Assembly: GCA_965216755.1 (NCBI GenBank)
Contig: CBDCGL010000011.1
Span: forward strand, 352,001 to 416,000
Length of the DNA stretch: 64,000 nucleotides
From: Alphaproteobacteria bacterium
GTDB lineage: Bacteria; Pseudomonadota; Alphaproteobacteria; UBA7887
Direction: 5' to 3'
A model generated the notes under the pieces. It worked only from the letters and a program-made list of their open reading frames with translations, was not told where the DNA came from and did not search any database. Within the stretch, counting starts at the first letter, position 1. Each line of letters opens with the position of its first letter. Positions 61,732-64,000 of the stretch are shown in pieces. A program made the position numbers and the translations under genes.

Positions 61732-62352
61732 ATGAGGCGTGGCAACGTGGCAATTCTCGCGACCGCAATGCTGGCAGCATCGGCAGGACTCGTTCAAGCT
61801 GCCGGCTTGACGGAATGTTTGGAAGCGGACACCGAGAGCGCAAAGATCGATGCGTGCACGGCCGCGATCGACTCTGGCGCGCTTGATGGTGCCGAGCTGT
61901 CGCAGGCCTATACACAGCGCGGCCAGGTCCAATATGACCGTAACCGCTATCGTTACTCGATCCCGGATTTCGATGCGGCCATTGAACTCGATTCCGGGAA
62001 TGCCGTCGCCTTTCTGCTACGCGCCAAGAGCCAAATGTTTTCGGGTCGTTATGATCTCGCGATTCCGGACTATGACAGTGCCATCGAACTCGATCCGGAA
62101 AATGTCGAAGCGCATTTTGCCCGCGCCGGCGCCTATCATGGCGCAAACCTCTTGGATAACGCGCTCGCCGATTACAACCGTGCCATCGAGTTGGCTCCGG
62201 ACAATGCCGAAGCCTATTTCATGCGCAGCGCCGTCCATATCGACCTGCGGGATTTTGACAAATCCGAGGCCGATCTGAGGCAGGCGATCGCGCTCGATCC
62301 TGACCGGCGGATGTATCGTCAACGCTTGCACGATCTCGGATTCGACTCGTAG
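61732..62352 (+). CDS. secreted tetratricopeptide-repeat protein
   Basis: Signal peptide; repeated AI.D(Y/F)D.AIELDP. Confidence 0.88.
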   Translation: MRRGNVAILATAMLAASAGLVQAAGLTECLEADTESAKIDACTAAIDSGALDGAELSQAYTQRGQVQYDRNRYRYSIPDFDAAIELDSGNAVAFLLRAKSQMFSGRYDLAIPDYDSAIELDPENVEAHFARAGAYHGANLLDNALADYNRAIELAPDNAEAYFMRSAVHIDLRDFDKSEADLRQAIALDPDRRMYRQRLHDLGFDS

Positions 62353-62767
62353 GTTCTTGGGCGAACTTCGGCGCATCTAAGGCAGGTAGGCTGCGGGCGC
62401 CCGTGATTTCGCGCCGGGCAAGCCCCAAGACGGCCGTTTCTGAACGCCGTTGAGTACCTCCACCAATATAGATTGGCGCGGTGCCGGGGGGCTGAGGCCG
62501 TCGCGGTCGCCCTGAACCTGACAATTTTCTGTACAGAGGTCGCGTGTCGAACTGGCCGGGGCAGTGTGGCGGCGATCCGTGTGCCACAGCACTAGCATCG
62601 CCAACTGTAGGCACTGTCGCGCAATTGCGATAATCGCCCCTGCTGTCATAGGGCGCTGATTGGCTGCAAGCCGCTTCGCCGCCGCCGGAACAAAGCGACG
62701 CCGCGCCCAGCGCGAATGCGTGCAAACGTGCCGCGTCGCTGGTCGAGGGATCAAGAACCAGCAAGCG

Positions 62768-63565
62768 TCACAAGGTCTCGATCAGTTTGCGCATACCTTC
62801 GCCGATTTTTGTCAGGCCGGCTTTGAGTATGAAACGGTCCCAGCCGATACAGAAATGCCGCGCCCCGAGGTCGATGTAGCGCTTGGCTTGTTCTACATCG
62901 CCGATTTCGATGCGCGGATGAACACCATACTCAATCGATTTCTTGATCACGCGTTCTTCGAACGGCCGAATTTCCGGCGTGAACATCATGCCCGGTTGGC
63001 CGCGCGACAGACCAAAGTCCGCCGGCCCCCATTGGGTCATGTCGGCGCGCTTGTCTCGGGCGGCAGCCAGGATTTCGTCCATGTTCTCGACCGCGACGTT
63101 CTTTTCGATCATGATCAGGAACAGGATGGAGTCGAGATCGTCCATGTAACCGTCTGGGCTGTAATCGGCCAACGCCGGTCGACGCAGCTTTAGACCCATC
63201 AGGCCGTCTCTGTCCGGTGTGTCAGCGCGAACATACCGGTGACAGTCGTCAACGTCGGCGGGCGACCGAATGTCCGTGAACAATATGGCTTTGAAGCCAG
63301 CGCCGAGTGCCGCCTGCGCCCAAAAACCTTGGGCTTCTTGGTCAAGCTTGATCATCAGCGGCAGGTTGGCGCACTGGCCCGCGCGCGCCATGTGATAGAG
63401 CGTGTGCATGTCAAATGCCGAATACTCGGCGGCGTATTCAGCGTAGTCGAACAGGCCGGTATCACCGATGAGCTCCGCAATGTCCGGGTCGGACGTCAGG
63501 AAGTGGGTGCCGATCGTCGGGTTTCCGGCAGCCAGGGTCTGACGCAGAGTATTGGGCATGATCAT
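62768..63565 (-). CDS. HpcH/HpaI aldolase-family protein
   Basis: LRQTLAAG.P.IGT, FDY.E..AEY, IMIEK..AVENMDEI, GPADFGLS.G. Confidence 0.8.
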   Translation of the reverse strand: MIMPNTLRQTLAAGNPTIGTHFLTSDPDIAELIGDTGLFDYAEYAAEYSAFDMHTLYHMARAGQCANLPLMIKLDQEAQGFWAQAALGAGFKAILFTDIRSPADVDDCHRYVRADTPDRDGLMGLKLRRPALADYSPDGYMDDLDSILFLIMIEKNVAVENMDEILAAARDKRADMTQWGPADFGLSRGQPGMMFTPEIRPFEERVIKKSIEYGVHPRIEIGDVEQAKRYIDLGARHFCIGWDRFILKAGLTKIGEGMRKLIETL

Positions 63566-63604
63566 GATGTTGCGTCTTTCGCTTATGCGCGCGAGGCGCC
63601 ACGC

Positions 63605-64000
63605 TCAGTCGATAACCGCGGTCACTTCGACTTCAAGCAGGAATTCGGGCAGGGCGAGCGATTGGACACCGATCCAGGTATTCGCCGCCGGTGTAGCATC
63701 GCCGTAAAACGAAGCGATGGCCCTGCCAATTGGCATCAGTTTGTCAGGGGAATTGTCCACCACGTATGTCCGCATGCGGACCACGTCGGCCGGCGTTGCG
63801 CCGGCCGTGGCAAGAATTTTTGTCAGGTTGCGAAACACTTGCGCGGCCTGCGCGGACAGATCGCCGGGCCCCACCAGGTTGCCGTCGTCATCCCAGGCCA
63901 CTTGGCCGGCACAATGGACCATTGTGCCACCCGTGCTCATCGTGGCATGCGAAAAACCATATTGGACTGCGTTGTACATATCGTCCGGATTGAGGGCTCT
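63605..64000 (-). CDS. RidA/YjgF-family protein (start outside the window)
   Basis: GFSHA, AGQVAWD, AQAAQVFRNL, DVVRMRTYV, PAANTWIGV..LA.PEFLLEVEVTA; frame open to the window edge. Confidence 0.88.
   Translation of the reverse strand, partial: RALNPDDMYNAVQYGFSHATMSTGGTMVHCAGQVAWDDDGNLVGPGDLSAQAAQVFRNLTKILATAGATPADVVRMRTYVVDNSPDKLMPIGRAIASFYGDATPAANTWIGVQSLALPEFLLEVEVTAVID

Noticed and set aside
62353-62767. About 400-nt gap between convergent genes as an RNA gene or ORF
   Set aside because: Only short hairpins and low-quality ORFs; no recognisable motif.

Overview
GC-rich (about 60%) alphaproteobacterial chromosome segment, Rhodospirillales-like by gene order (inference). The backbone is the conserved run argS-SPOR-nagZ-scpAB ... 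tatABC ... serS-surE-pcm-nlpD ... DUF815 ATPase / yajC-secD-secF ... Mth938-like, phytoene synthase-like ... trmFO ... uvrA / ssb. Accessory blocks interrupt it. (1) cnbZ-like, epoxide hydrolase-like, cysteine hydrolase, GS-like, katA, oxyR and an Fe3+ ABC transporter, with candidate OxyR, Irr (ICE) and Fur boxes. (2) cspA plus a small basic protein. (3) A methyltransferase and a PAS-LuxR regulator flanked by two copies of one palindrome and by two candidate non-coding RNAs. (4) BVMO, an orphan gene, crotonase, acyl-CoA ligase and EthD. (5) After ssb, two tandem membrane-anchored class III cyclase-TolB-like-TPR genes with near-identical N-termini, each followed by the same inverted-repeat element (25-nt core arms, 34-nt spacer), giving a cassette-like array. 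(6) An IS256/IS630/IS5 nest and an IS-bounded FIST (NosP-like) / hybrid kinase / REC-PAS-GGDEF-EAL / Hpt-kinase signalling island. No rRNA, tRNA or CRISPR array was seen. All calls come from reading the sequence and motif recognition; no database searches were run.
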